A stretch of 64,000 bases of DNA from Solirubrobacteraceae bacterium (GTDB lineage Bacteria > Actinomycetota > Thermoleophilia > Solirubrobacterales > Solirubrobacteraceae): contig DASZMU010000004.1 in the NCBI GenBank assembly GCA_035551695.1, positions 24,668 to 88,667 of the forward strand, in the 5' to 3' direction. The notes beneath the pieces are model-generated. The model was not told the DNA's origin and did no database searches. It saw only the letters and a list, made by a program, of their open reading frames with translations. A program made the translations under genes and the position numbers. Each line of letters begins with the position of its first letter. The stretch's first letter is position 1. This document shows positions 30,820 to 41,207 of the stretch, piece by piece.

Positions 30820-31620
30820 TCAGTGGTTGTGGATGCGGATCAGCGGCGGACTGTGCCGCGGAACGTCATCGGACCAGGAGCTCCACTCGCTGCGCGGCGC
30901 GTCGGTCATGCGCCCCAGCACGGCGATGAGCGGCTTCAGCGCCGCGCCGTCGAGCACCGCTTCGGCCGCCAAAACCCAGTGGTTGCGGGGATGAGGCGAG
31001 CGAAAGAACCCCAGCTGCGGGAACGTGGTGTGCGATTCGCCGAGTTCGATGAACCAGTTCTCCCAGCTGTCCCACACCTCGTCGAGCTGCTCGAAGCGCG
31101 CGAGCTCCTAGCTGCGCGTGAGCAGCGAGATGCCGGATGGGGGACTCCCGGCGCGGACGACGAGCTTGGCGATCAGCGCCTCGCGCCGGGAGAACGCGCC
31201 ATACAGGCTGGGCAGATAGGTGATGACGAGGGCGAGAAGGGTCAGCCCCACCCCGGCGGCGCTGAAGGCGATGAGCTGCCGGACCAGCCCTGGGGATGGT
31301 CGATGCCGAGCGTCACCATCGACGAGCCGGACAGCTCGAGCGCCTGGGCGATGCTCGCTCCGGTCAGGCCCGGGGGCGACAGCGCCCAGAAGAGCGCGCC
31401 GAAGCACAGGAAGATCAGCAGCGACCACGCGACCAATTGCGCGAACAGCCCGAGCGGCGCCTGCAACGCGAAGACCCGGTCGCGCGTCTTGTAGTCAGAC
31501 CGGCCGGAGAGCCGCAGCCGGAGCAGCAGCGACCCGCGCACCGCCAGGAAGGTAAAGCGCGCCAGCCGCGCGGGCACTCCCCGCGGGAGCACCACGCCGC
31601 CGTACCCATCCGCCGCCGAG
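30820..31620 (-). pseudogene. Potassium channel-like membrane protein remnant
   Basis: SGSSMVTLG pore-like motif; frameshift near 31290; ITYLPSLYGAFSRRE; in-frame TAG at 31108-31110; ESHTTFPQLGFFRS; N-terminus missing. Confidence 0.7.
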
Positions 31621-31941
31621 CGGTCATCGAGGCCGACGAACCGCTCCGGGTGATGATCGAGCGCCTGCGCGATTCTCGGCCCGTCGCCGCGGAGGGGATG
31701 GCATTGATCAACCGGATCATCCACCGACGGGTCATGGAGCCCCCTGTACAACGCGACCGCGCCCGGGGCGCTGCGGCGGCTGACCGTGCTGGCGACCGCG
31801 GCGCTCGACCCGGGCTGGCCTGAACGACCAAACATCAGCTGACCAGCGCCAGCCGCGCCAGCCGCGCCGGGGGGTCTCCTCGCTCCCGGCGCGGCGCGCG
31901 CGGCCTGGACTCATACACACCGCGCGACGCGGGAGAGGTGA

Positions 31942-32042
31942 GGCCATCCCAGGTGACGGGCCGGTCCTCGTCATCCAGCCGCTCCAGGCGACCCGCCGTG
32001 CCACGTCATCCAGCCGCTCGAGGTGACCGGCCATCCCAGGTG
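31942..32042. repeat. A-B-B-A short direct repeats
   Basis: GGCCATCCCAGGTG at 31942 and 32029; CGTCATCCAGCCGCTCSAGGYGACC at 31969 and 32004. Confidence 0.6.
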
Positions 32043-32123
32043 CTCGGCCGTCGCTCCCGATTGCCGGAAGGGAGTCGAGAGGGTGAGGGAGTCGAGAGAG
32101 GCCGTCCGAGGAGCCGCTCCGCG

Positions 32124-32669
32124 TCAGGCGGCCGCAAGCAGGTCGTCGAGGTCCAGCGGAGCGTCGATCGCGGGAGCGCCCGCGGACCCGTAGACCGGCC
32201 ACTCCTCGAACGGGCGGTCCCAGGCGAGCTCGAGATCGTTGCCGTCCGGGTCGCTCAGGTAGACGGCGAGGTGGGTGCCGTGATCTGAGAGCTGGCGCAG
32301 CGGGACGCCGGCATCGACCAGACGCTGAACGGTCTGAGCGAGCCGTGCCCGGCTGGAGAAGTTCAGCGCAACGTGGTGCAGTCCGGTCACGCCGTCCGGC
32401 TGCGGCGGGCCGCCCGCCGACTTCCAGGTGTTGAAGCCGAGGTGGTGGTGGTAGCCGCCGGCCGACAGGAAGAGGATGTCACCGGTGGTGCCCCACCCGG
32501 GCACGTCGCGGGCCTCGAGGATGACGTCGAAGCCCATGATGTCGACGTAGAACGCCCGGACGCGGTCGATGTCGGCCGTGCGCAGGTGCACGTGGCCGAC
32601 ACGCACCTGTGGGTCGATCGGATGCTCGGCGGCGAATGCCGGTTCGAAGGGTCCCTGGGGGCCGGCCAC
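32124..32669 (-). CDS. VOC family protein (CatE/glyoxalase-like)
   Basis: VGHVHL, GGYHHHLGFNTW, GLHHVAL, DHG..VYLSDPDGNDLEL; start uncertain. Confidence 0.88.
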   Translation of the reverse strand: MAGPQGPFEPAFAAEHPIDPQVRVGHVHLRTADIDRVRAFYVDIMGFDVILEARDVPGWGTTGDILFLSAGGYHHHLGFNTWKSAGGPPQPDGVTGLHHVALNFSSRARLAQTVQRLVDAGVPLRQLSDHGTHLAVYLSDPDGNDLELAWDRPFEEWPVYGSAGAPAIDAPLDLDDLLAAA

Positions 32670-32737
32670 GTCGACCCAGAACAGTAGCGACCGGAGCGCG
32701 GTGGCAGCCCTTCCACCCACAGCAGCCCAAGCACCAA

Positions 32738-32829
32738 CTCGCAGAGGCCGTACCGCGACCGAGCCCAAACGGCGCAGGCCCGGGCCGACTTCGGTCCCAC
32801 CTATCTTCGAGCGACAGCGAGGAAGGTAG
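32738..32829 (+). ncRNA. Candidate cis-regulatory RNA (NiCo/czcD-like) upstream of the COG4280 gene
   Basis: Stems CTCGC/GCGAG, GCCGT/ACGGC, GGGCCG/CGGTCC; anti-SD CTATCTTC can pair with GAAGGTAG. Confidence 0.35.
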
Positions 32830-32839
32830 ATTCAACGCA

Positions 32840-33610
32840 ATGAGTGGTCCGCAGGTAGGTCTCGCAGTTTCGGTGTTCCTCGCATGCACGGTCGAAGCGG
32901 TCGAGGCGCTGACGATCGTGCTCGCCGTCGGTGTGACGCGGAGCTGGCGCTCCACGTTCATCGGCGTCGGCGGCGCGGTCGTCGCGCTCGCGGTGCTGAC
33001 CGCGGCGCTGGGGCCGGCGCTGACATCGCTGCCGATCAACACGCTCCGCGTCGTCGTCGGCGGCCTGCTGCTGGTTTTCGGTCTGCAGTGGTTGCGCAAG
33101 GCGATCCTCCGGGCCTCGGGATTCAAGAAGCTTCATGACGAGGACCAGATCTACACCGACGAACTGGCTGCCGCCGAGGGGGCCGGAGCCGTCGGACCCG
33201 GGTTTGACCCCTACTCGTTCACCGTTTCGTTCAAGGGCGTGTTCCTCGAGGGCCTGGAGGTCATCTTCATCGTGCTCACGTTCGGCGCCAACCAGCATGA
33301 CATCGGTCTCGCGGCGGTCGCCGCGGGGGTGGCGGTGCTGGCGGTGGTCCTCGCCGGCACAGCGGTTCACGCCCCGCTGGCCCGCGTTCCGGAGAACACG
33401 ATGAAGTTCGGTGTCGGCGTGATGCTGACGTCGTTTGGGCTGTTTTGGGGAGCCGAGGGCGCCGGCGCTCACTGGCCCGGCAACGACGCCATTCTGGCGG
33501 GGATCATCCCCGGCACCCTGGTGTTCGCCCTCGCACTCGTCGCGATGCTCAAGCGCCGGGCGCCGGGCGGCGCGACCGAGATCCGGGAGACCGAGGCGGT
33601 CGGCGCATGA
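32840..33610 (+). CDS. COG4280-type membrane protein (putative metal transporter)
   Basis: Repeated ExxE motifs (VEAVEALTIV, LEGLEVIFIV), RVPENTMKF; about 7 TM. Confidence 0.8.
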   Translation: MSGPQVGLAVSVFLACTVEAVEALTIVLAVGVTRSWRSTFIGVGGAVVALAVLTAALGPALTSLPINTLRVVVGGLLLVFGLQWLRKAILRASGFKKLHDEDQIYTDELAAAEGAGAVGPGFDPYSFTVSFKGVFLEGLEVIFIVLTFGANQHDIGLAAVAAGVAVLAVVLAGTAVHAPLARVPENTMKFGVGVMLTSFGLFWGAEGAGAHWPGNDAILAGIIPGTLVFALALVAMLKRRAPGGATEIRETEAVGA

Positions 33611-33804
33611 CCCGGGTCGAGTCGTTCGTGCGCTTCATCTGGGATTTCGTCGTCGGCGACGACTGGAGAATCGCCGTGGGCGTGGTCCTGGCGCTGGCGG
33701 TGACGGCGGTCCTCGCCGGCAGCATTGCCGCCTGGTGGGTTCTGCCGGTGGCGGTCGCCGGACTGCTCGCCTTCTCCGTATGGCGTGCGGCTGATCACCC
33801 GTAG
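33607..33804 (+). CDS. Small 2-TM membrane protein coupled to the COG4280 gene
   Basis: FIWDFVVGDDWRIA; ATGA overlap. Confidence 0.75.
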   Translation: MTRVESFVRFIWDFVVGDDWRIAVGVVLALAVTAVLAGSIAAWWVLPVAVAGLLAFSVWRAADHP

Positions 33805-33870
33805 GCCGACAGTCGGCCCGCCCGCGAATCGCTGACGAATCGGCGCGAGCCGATCGGCCGCGCGCGGCAG

Positions 33871-33977
33871 CCGGCCAAACGTGTCCAGTCCGTTCTGCGG
33901 GTCCGGGGGTTTGGGGGATTAATCCGGTATCGGCGGAATAAGTCCCCAAACCGCTGCGCACACGGACGTGTGACCGG
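33871..33977. repeat. Imperfect palindrome with AT-rich core between convergent genes
   Basis: GGTTTGGGGGATTAATCCG 33908-33926 / CGGAATAAGTCCCCAAACC 33934-33952 (16/19), extended by GTCCGT/ACGGAC. Confidence 0.55.
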
Positions 33978-34080
33978 CCCCGGCCGGCGGCCGACGCGCT
34001 TGCCCGGGTCGGCCTCGAGCCGGTGGCGCGCCGGGATCCCGCCCCCGGGCGCCACCCGGGGCCGGGGTCTGGCGAATCGC

Positions 34081-34275
34081 TCAGGCCCAGGGGCGCGCGG
34101 GGACGATGGCGCCGGCGCGTCGCCGCGCCGGAGCGCTCCGCACGGGCCGGGAGGCGGCGGGGGCGACCGTGGGAGCGGTGGCGTCAGAGCTGCGAATGGC
34201 GCGCATGATCAGCAGGATCACGCCGGTGAAGACGATGGCGGCAAGTACGATGTTCACGGTGACGGCGAGGACCAT
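34081..34275 (-). CDS. Small single-TM hypothetical protein
   Basis: MVLAVTVNIVLAAIVFTGVILLI preceded by AAGGAG RBS. Confidence 0.6.
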   Translation of the reverse strand: MVLAVTVNIVLAAIVFTGVILLIMRAIRSSDATAPTVAPAASRPVRSAPARRRAGAIVPARPWA

Positions 34276-34495
34276 TTCGACTCCTTGTTCTGGTTGCTCA
34301 CTAAGGGTCGTCGCCGGCGCGAAGACGAACGTCGGATCGATGTAAGCCGTACCTAAGACCCATTTCCCGGCGCGTCGGCCGCCACCGCGTCGGCCGCCCG
34401 CACAGGCCAACCTGGACCGGGCGCGGGCCCATCAGCCCCGTGCCCGACGGCGATCGCGATGATGTGACACCGATGCGCCGAGCGATCAGAGTCCC

Positions 34496-35725
34496 GTGAG
34501 CGAGACTCTCGCGCTTGTCGCGCTCGTGGCCAGTCTCGCTGCGGCAGTCGCGCGCCCGCGCTGGGCGCCGGACTGGGCGGTCGCGACGTTGGCAGCGGTG
34601 ATCGTCGTCGCGGCGGGCGCGCTCAGCCTCCACGGCGCGCGTTCGGCGCTGGGCCGGCTGGGACCTACGGTGGGCTTCCTCGCGGCGCTGCTGGTGCTCG
34701 CCGACGGCTGCCGACGGGCCGCGGTGTTCGACGCGCTGGGGGCGCTGATGGCGATCGGCGCCGGCGGCCGGCCGCGCCGGCTGCTGGCGATGGTGTTCCT
34801 GGTGGCCGCTGGGACGACCGCCGTGCTCAGCCTCGACGCCACGATCGTGCTCCTGACCCCCATCGTGTTCGCCACCGCCGCCCGGCTGCGGGCGAGCCCG
34901 CGGCCGCACGTGTACGCGTGCTCGCACCTGGCCAACACGGCATCGCTGCTGCTGCCCGTGTCCAACCTCACCAACCTGCTCGCGTTCAGCGCATCCGGCG
35001 TGTCGTTCACGCGCTTCGCCGAGCTCATGGTGCTGCCGTGGCTGGCGGCGCTGGCGATCGAGTGGCTGGTGCTCGCGCGGACATTCGCCGACGACCTGCG
35101 GACGACGTCGGAGGCTGTGGACGAGACCGCGACGCGCCCGCCGGTGCCGGCTTTCGCCCTGACCGTCGTGGGGCTGACGCTCGGCGGGTTCGCGGTCAGC
35201 TCGGCGGTTGGGGTCGCGCCCGTCTGGTTTGCGACGGCAGGTGCGGTGGCGCTCACGGTGCGGGAGCGGCCGGCGACAGGCGAACTCGTCCGCGCCGCCG
35301 AGCCGACGTTCCTGGTGTTCGTGCTGGCGCTTGGGGTCATCGTCGCCGCCGCGGGCAGCCATGGCCTTTCGTCGGTCGTCGACTCCCTCGTGCCCCACGG
35401 CACCGACCTCCCGGCGCTGCTCGGCGTCGCCGCAGTCAGCGCTGTGCTCGCCAACCTCGTCAACAACCTGCCGGCGACGCTGATCCTCGTCCCGGTTGTG
35501 GCCACCAGCGCGCCCGGCGGCCTGCTGGCGATGTTGATCGGCGTCAACGTCGGACCCAACCTGACCTACGTCGGCTCGCTGGCCACCCTGCTGTGGCGAC
35601 GGATTGTCCATGCCCACGACGAGGACGTCGACACCGCCCAGTTCCTCAAGCTGGGCGTTCTGACCGTCCCGGCCATTCTGGTGGTCAGCACCGCCGCCTT
35701 GTGGTTGGCTTTGCAGGTGGTCTGA
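34496..35725 (+). CDS. ArsB/NhaD family permease
   Basis: SLDATIVLLTP, HLANTASLLLPVSNLTNL, NLVNNLPA, NVGPNLTYVGSLATLLW. Confidence 0.88.
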   Translation: MSETLALVALVASLAAAVARPRWAPDWAVATLAAVIVVAAGALSLHGARSALGRLGPTVGFLAALLVLADGCRRAAVFDALGALMAIGAGGRPRRLLAMVFLVAAGTTAVLSLDATIVLLTPIVFATAARLRASPRPHVYACSHLANTASLLLPVSNLTNLLAFSASGVSFTRFAELMVLPWLAALAIEWLVLARTFADDLRTTSEAVDETATRPPVPAFALTVVGLTLGGFAVSSAVGVAPVWFATAGAVALTVRERPATGELVRAAEPTFLVFVLALGVIVAAAGSHGLSSVVDSLVPHGTDLPALLGVAAVSAVLANLVNNLPATLILVPVVATSAPGGLLAMLIGVNVGPNLTYVGSLATLLWRRIVHAHDEDVDTAQFLKLGVLTVPAILVVSTAALWLALQVV

Positions 35726-36207
35726 TGCGCGTGGTCGTCTGGATCGTGGAGGGCAGCTGGGAGGCGTGCATTCTTCGCGCCCGCGAGCTGGTGCCCGCCG
35801 ACGCGGAGGTCACGCTGCTGCACGTCTCGGCCTCCGACGTCGAGGAGCTCGCCGCCCACCCCGGTCCCGGCCGGCTCGGCCCTCGTCGCCATCCGCCGCC
35901 AGGTCCGAACATCCACGAGATCTCCGAGGCCGAGGCGCAGTCGCTGCTGGCTTCCGCGCGCGAGCGCTTGGGCCGGCCGGCCGAGCTCGTCTCGCGCCGA
36001 GGCCGCGTCGAGCGTGAGGTGATCGAGGCCTGCGAGGGGTCAGACCTGCTGGTGCTCGCCCGCGACGGCGAGCCCCGGCGCGAGCCCAAGAGCCTCGGCC
36101 GGCGATCGCGCTTCGTCGTCGACCACGCCGGTTGCGCGGTGCTGCTGGTATGGGCCCAGGAGCCGCGCGGGCCCGAATCGATCCACTGGCCGCCGCACCT
36201 GCGCTGA
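35725..36207 (+). CDS. Universal stress protein
   Basis: VTLLHV, GRVEREV, DLLVLARDG, SLGRRSRFVVDHAGCAVLLV. Confidence 0.82.
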   Translation: MRVVVWIVEGSWEACILRARELVPADAEVTLLHVSASDVEELAAHPGPGRLGPRRHPPPGPNIHEISEAEAQSLLASARERLGRPAELVSRRGRVEREVIEACEGSDLLVLARDGEPRREPKSLGRRSRFVVDHAGCAVLLVWAQEPRGPESIHWPPHLR

Positions 36208-36216
36208 CGCCGGCGA

Positions 36217-37857
36217 TCAGGCCGTTCTCACCGCGGCCGACTCGGCCAACCCCAGCTCGTCGATCGCCTGGGCACGCATCTTGAACTTCTGAACCTTCCC
36301 GGTGACGGTCATCGGAAACGCGTCGACGAGCTTGACGTACCGCGGGATCTTGTAATGGGCGATGCGGCCCTGACAGAACGCGCGCACGGCATCGGCGTCC
36401 AGAGCCGCATCTCCGCGTGCAATCACCCACGCCATCAGCTCTTCGCCGTAGCGCTCGTCCGGTACGCCGATGACCTGCACGTCGGCGATGTCAGGATGGC
36501 CGTACAGGAACTCCTCCACCTCGCGGGGATAGACGTTCTCGCCACCCCGGATGACCATGTCCTTGATCCGTCCCACGATGTTGACGTACCCCTCACCGTC
36601 CATCGTCGCCAGATCACCGGTGTGCATCCATGCCTCGCCATCGATCGCCTCGGCCGTCCGCTCCTCGTCCTCCCAGTAACCCGCCATCACGCTGTAGCCA
36701 CGCGTGCACAGCTCGCCGCCGGTCCCTCGCTCGACGGTGCTGCCGTCGCCGGGATCGACGATCTTGATCTCGACGTGGGGATGGACCCGTCCGACCGATC
36801 CGACCCGTTTCTCCAGCGGATCATCGAACGCGGTCTGGGTCGACACCGGAGACGTCTCAGTCATGCCGTACGCGATGCTCACCTCGCCCATGTTCATCAG
36901 CTCGATGACCCGCTTCATCACCTCGATCGGGCACGGTGAGCCGGCCATGATCCCGGTCCTGAGCGAGGTCAGGTCGAAGTCGGCGAATCGGGGATGGTCC
37001 AGCTGTGCAATGAACATCGTGGGCACCCCGTACAGGGCGGTGCACCGCTCAGACGCGCACGCCCGCAAGGTCGCCTCCGGATCGAACGCCGGAGCCGGGA
37101 TGACCATGGCCGAGCCGTGCGTCGTGGCACCGAGATTGCCCATCACCATGCCGAAGCAGTGGTAGAACGGCACCGGGATGCAGACGCGGTCCTGCTCGGT
37201 GAAACGGCAATATTCACCGACGAAGAAGCCGTTGTTCAGGATGTTGCGGTGGGTGAGGGTGGCGCCCTTGGGAAAACCGGTGGTGCCGCTCGTGTACTGG
37301 ATGTTGATGGGATCGCCGGGGCGAAGCTGATCGGCACGCGCGCGCAACTCAGCCTCCCCCACCCGATCCGCTCCGCTGCGCAGCTCGTCCCAATCCGGTC
37401 CGTTGAGGAAGACGACGCGGTCCAGCGCTGGGACCCGGTCGCGCACCTCGTCGAGCATCGCGCGGTAGTCCGAGCTTTTGAACGCCGGAGCCGCAATCAA
37501 CATCCGGCAGCCGGACTGGGCCAGCGCGTACTCCAGCTCCGACGTCCGGTACGCCGGGTTGATATTGACGAGGATCGCGCCGATCTTCGCGCTGGCGTAC
37601 TGGACAAGTGTCCACTCCGCGCAGTTGGGGCTCCAGATCCCCAGCCGGTCACCCGGCTCCAGGCCTGTGGCGATCAGCGCCCGGGCCATCTCGTCGACCG
37701 CGGCCCCGAGCTCGGCGTAGCTGTAGCGGATCCCCTGGGCGCAGGACACAAGCGCGTCGCGCTCGGCGTACGCGTGGACCGCCCGGTCGAGGTTGGCGCC
37801 GATTGTCTCCTCCAGGAGTGCAACGGAGGTGTCGCCGCGCGCATAGGAACCGGTCAT
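36217..37857 (-). CDS. AMP-binding acyl-CoA synthetase
   Basis: [46 protein letters not shown]. Confidence 0.93.
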   Translation of the reverse strand: MTGSYARGDTSVALLEETIGANLDRAVHAYAERDALVSCAQGIRYSYAELGAAVDEMARALIATGLEPGDRLGIWSPNCAEWTLVQYASAKIGAILVNINPAYRTSELEYALAQSGCRMLIAAPAFKSSDYRAMLDEVRDRVPALDRVVFLNGPDWDELRSGADRVGEAELRARADQLRPGDPINIQYTSGTTGFPKGATLTHRNILNNGFFVGEYCRFTEQDRVCIPVPFYHCFGMVMGNLGATTHGSAMVIPAPAFDPEATLRACASERCTALYGVPTMFIAQLDHPRFADFDLTSLRTGIMAGSPCPIEVMKRVIELMNMGEVSIAYGMTETSPVSTQTAFDDPLEKRVGSVGRVHPHVEIKIVDPGDGSTVERGTGGELCTRGYSVMAGYWEDEERTAEAIDGEAWMHTGDLATMDGEGYVNIVGRIKDMVIRGGENVYPREVEEFLYGHPDIADVQVIGVPDERYGEELMAWVIARGDAALDADAVRAFCQGRIAHYKIPRYVKLVDAFPMTVTGKVQKFKMRAQAIDELGLAESAAVRTA

Positions 37858-37972
37858 CGCCTCTCCCGTCGTCTCGTGCTCCTCGGATACGTGGCGCGAT
37901 TCTACGTCCGCGCGCCCTCGCCAGGTACGGGCGACCCATACTCGGCGGCGTGAAGCTACCCTGACGGTCGCC

Positions 37973-38692
37973 GTGAGCGTCTGCCACATCCTGCGGGAGG
38001 ATCCGGAGCTCGCCGAGGCCGTCCCCGGGCCGGCGCGGCCGCGCGCGATCGAGGACTGCGTCGCGCCCATCGAGCGCGTCAGCAGCGGCCACTGGAGTGG
38101 GCAGGGCAGCGCGCTCGTGGGCGACGGGATCGGTCTGCTCGTCCTCGACGGGCTGCTCCTGCGCCGGGTCGGGATCGACGGGCGCTTCGGAGCCGAGCTC
38201 CTGGGAGTGGGCGATGTGCTGCGACCGTGGCAGGGCGACGACACCACGGCCGCGCTCGCCCGCACCACCGGCTGGCGCGTGCTCGAGCCAACACGCCTTG
38301 CCGTGCTCGACGAGGCGGCGGCGCGCCGGCTGGCCGTCTACCCCCAGCTCATCGGGCGGCTCGTCGGCCGGGCGATCGACCGCTCGCGCCATCTGGCCGT
38401 CAACATGGCGATCATCCACCAGGCCCGGGTCAACGTCCGCCTGCACATGATGCTCTGGCACCTGGCCGAGCGCTGGGGGCGGGTCGGCAGCGAGGGTGTG
38501 CTTCTCCCGCTGGCCCTGACGCATGCGGTGCTGTCCGACCTCGTCGCGGCGCGACGTCCCACCGTGACCACCGCGCTCGCGGACCTGTACCGTCAGGAGC
38601 TCGTCCGCGACCTGCCGCGGGGATGGCTGCTGCTCGGCGAGCCGCCCGGCGAGCTGCTCGTGGCGCAGGGGGCGGGCATCGCCGAGAGCTGA
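37973..38692 (+). CDS. Crp/Fnr family transcriptional regulator
   Basis: ELLGVGD; [24 protein letters not shown]. Confidence 0.85.
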   Translation: MSVCHILREDPELAEAVPGPARPRAIEDCVAPIERVSSGHWSGQGSALVGDGIGLLVLDGLLLRRVGIDGRFGAELLGVGDVLRPWQGDDTTAALARTTGWRVLEPTRLAVLDEAAARRLAVYPQLIGRLVGRAIDRSRHLAVNMAIIHQARVNVRLHMMLWHLAERWGRVGSEGVLLPLALTHAVLSDLVAARRPTVTTALADLYRQELVRDLPRGWLLLGEPPGELLVAQGAGIAES

Positions 38693-39001
38693 CCGACAGC
38701 GGCCCTCCGGGGCCGGCATTCGGCGACGAGCGGGTGAGGGACTGCCGGCCACACCGGCCGGTGACCCGAGCGGCGCCCGCTCTGCGTTCCCGGACGGCCA
38801 GCCGAGCGTGCCTGCCCAGCTTTCATGTGCCTCGGTATCGAGCAGCAGGGCTCATAGCTTCCCCGGCTGCGGCGCCATCTGGCCTGGCTGATCTGGCCGG
38901 ACTGGTGATCCGACTGCACCGCCGATACGCAGGAGGGTTCACGGCGGGGCTTCGTCGTGCCCGGCTGCAACCCTGCGTCAAACTCATCCACTACGCGCAA
39001 C

Positions 39002-39610
39002 GTGTTCAAACCCGCCCTCAGCTTCCGGGGCTCTCGCCCGGACCTGCGGGCGCTGGCGGACGAGGACCTGATGCCGCTCGTCCACGAGGGCGACGCCCGG
39101 GCGTTCGAGGTGGTGTTCGATCGTCATGCCGACGCCGCGTTCTCGCTCGCCTACCGCATGTGCGGCCGCCGCGGCCAGGCCGAGGACGTCGTGCAGGAGG
39201 CGTTCCTGTCGCTGTGGCGAAGCGGCGCGCGCTATGACCGGAGCCGCGGCAGCGTCCGCTCGTGGATTCTCGGCGTCGTGCGCAACCGGACGATCGACCT
39301 GTTCCGGCGCGAGGCCGTGCGCGCCGGCCGGGACACGAATGCCGAGGGGGCGGTCGAACGGATGCCGGCCGCCGACGACGTGGCCGGCGACGCCGAGCGC
39401 CGCGCCGACGCCCGCCAGGTGCGGACGGCGCTGGAGGAGCTTCCCGCCGATCAGCGCCAGGTGATCGAGCTGGCGTACTTCGGCGGCTTCACCCACAGCC
39501 AGATCGCGCAGATGCTCGAGCTTCCGGCGGGCACCGTGAAGGGCCGCATGCGGCTTGGACTGACGAAGCTGCGGCTGTCCCTCGGCGATCCATCGGGCGT
39601 GGTTGGATGA
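39002..39610 (+). CDS. ECF sigma factor (SigK-like)
   Basis: AEDVVQEAFLSLW, YDRSRGSVRSW, LAYFGGFTHSQIA, GTVKGRMRLGL; start uncertain. Confidence 0.9.
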   Translation: MFKPALSFRGSRPDLRALADEDLMPLVHEGDARAFEVVFDRHADAAFSLAYRMCGRRGQAEDVVQEAFLSLWRSGARYDRSRGSVRSWILGVVRNRTIDLFRREAVRAGRDTNAEGAVERMPAADDVAGDAERRADARQVRTALEELPADQRQVIELAYFGGFTHSQIAQMLELPAGTVKGRMRLGLTKLRLSLGDPSGVVG

Positions 39611-40328
39611 AGAGGGCAAGCGGATGAGCGACGAAGAACAGACCCGCCCGGACCGCGAGTGTGGTGGCGACGTGGCCGCCTACGCCCTCGGTGCGCTCGA
39701 TCCGGCGGAGGCCGAGGCATTTCGCGCCCACCTCGAGACGTGCGCGGTCTGCCGCGACGAGCTTGCCGCGTTCCGCGAGGTGGTCGACGCGCTGCCGCTG
39801 AGCGCTCCTGCGCATCGCGCCCCGGCGACGTTGCGCCGCCGCGTCCTGCGCGAAGCCGGCGCGGCGACCGGACCGGTCAACGCGGGCCGGCGACGGATCG
39901 CCCCCGCCGGAACCGCCCGCCGCCTGCGGCCGCTCCGCCCGGTGGCCGTCGCCGCCGTCGTGCTCGCGGTCGTCGCGATCGCGGCGCTCCGGCTCGGGCT
40001 CGGCTCAGGGCCGCCGTACAGGGTCATCCATGCTCAGGTCAGCGGACGGGGAACCGCCGAGCTGCGGCTGAGCGCCGGCCGCGGGCGATTGATCCTCCAC
40101 AACTTCGCGCCCCCACCGGCCGGGGAGATCTACGAGGTCTGGACCAAGCGGGCAGACCAGCCTCCACGCCGCACGAGCGCGCTGTTCAGCGTGACCAGGT
40201 CCGGCGCGGGGGATGTCGCGGTCCCCGGCAGCCTTCGCCGGGTGGCGCTCGTGATGGTCACCGCCGAACCACCCGGCGGCTCCCGGGTGCCCACCCACCC
40301 CCCGGTCCTCAGCGTCTCTCTCGGCTGA
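39603..40328 (+). CDS. Anti-sigma factor (zf-HC2 + TM + RskA-like domain)
   Basis: AYALGALD, HLETCAVC, YEVW, VTAEPPGGS. Confidence 0.87.
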   Translation: MDEEGKRMSDEEQTRPDRECGGDVAAYALGALDPAEAEAFRAHLETCAVCRDELAAFREVVDALPLSAPAHRAPATLRRRVLREAGAATGPVNAGRRRIAPAGTARRLRPLRPVAVAAVVLAVVAIAALRLGLGSGPPYRVIHAQVSGRGTAELRLSAGRGRLILHNFAPPPAGEIYEVWTKRADQPPRRTSALFSVTRSGAGDVAVPGSLRRVALVMVTAEPPGGSRVPTHPPVLSVSLG

Positions 40329-40338
40329 ACAGCGATCC

Positions 40339-40725
40339 GTGATCCGAAATCGGTTCGGGTCCGCGGCCGTCTGGTCCGCCGACCCACGCCAGATGTGGAG
40401 GTTTCCCGCCCGCTTCCTGGTCGAGTTCTTCGATAATCACGGGATGCTGTCGTTCGGCGGGCGGCCCCGCTGGCGCACCATCAGCGGCGGGTCAGCACGG
40501 TACGTTCAGGCATTGCTCGGGAGGGCCGAGGGCCGGCTGCGGCTGCATACGCCGATCGTCCGCGGCAGCGATCACGTGCTCGTCACCCCCCGCGGTGGGG
40601 ACCCCGAGCCCTACGACCGGGGAGAATCGCACCCATTTCTGCGGGGCGTACTGGGGCTGGGGGTTTCACGAGGACGGTGTCGTCAGCGCCCTCCGGGTCG
40701 CCGAGCGGTTAGGAGCTCGGCTTGA
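40339..40725 (+). pseudogene. FAD-dependent amine-oxidase-like gene remnant (Rv0449c-like)
   Basis: FPARFLVEFFDNHGML..WRTISGGSARYV, then another frame FCGAYWGWGFHEDG; FAD-binding N-terminus missing. Confidence 0.75.
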
Positions 40726-41140
40726 GCGCGATCGGCACGCGGCCCCAGCTCTGCGCACCGACCGAGTCGTGCATCTACTCCGGGACGATTCGCCACCGCC
40801 GCCGCGAGCCGCGGCGCGAGTTCCGCCACCGGCTGACCGCCCTGTCCGGCCGTCGCCCCCGAGGGCCGGTGCGGCTGCTCACGCAGTTGCGCCCATTTGG
40901 GCTGTGCTTCAACCCCGTCAGCTTCTACTGCTGCTGTGACGAAGATGGCGATCAGGTCGAGAGCGTCCTCGCCGAGGTGACCAACACCCCGTGGGGCGAG
41001 CGCCACTCGTACCTGCTCGCCGACCGCCGGCCGCAGTCGTCGGTTGTGTCCGGTCGCTTCGCCAAGGAGCTGCACGTCTCGCCGTTCATGGGCATGGATC
41101 ACCACTACGAGGCCCGGGCGACGTCTCCCGGACACACCCT
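40722..41140 (+). pseudogene. DUF1365 remnant running in frame into the cfa gene
   Basis: GTIRHRR, FNPVSFY, EVTNTPWGERHSY, KELHVSPFM; internal and C-terminal segments missing. Confidence 0.7.
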
Positions 41141-41207
41141 ACGGCCATGCGCTCGGCCTCAAGCTGGCCGGCACGCGTGTTCATCCCCACCCGTCTGCCG
41201 GGACCCG

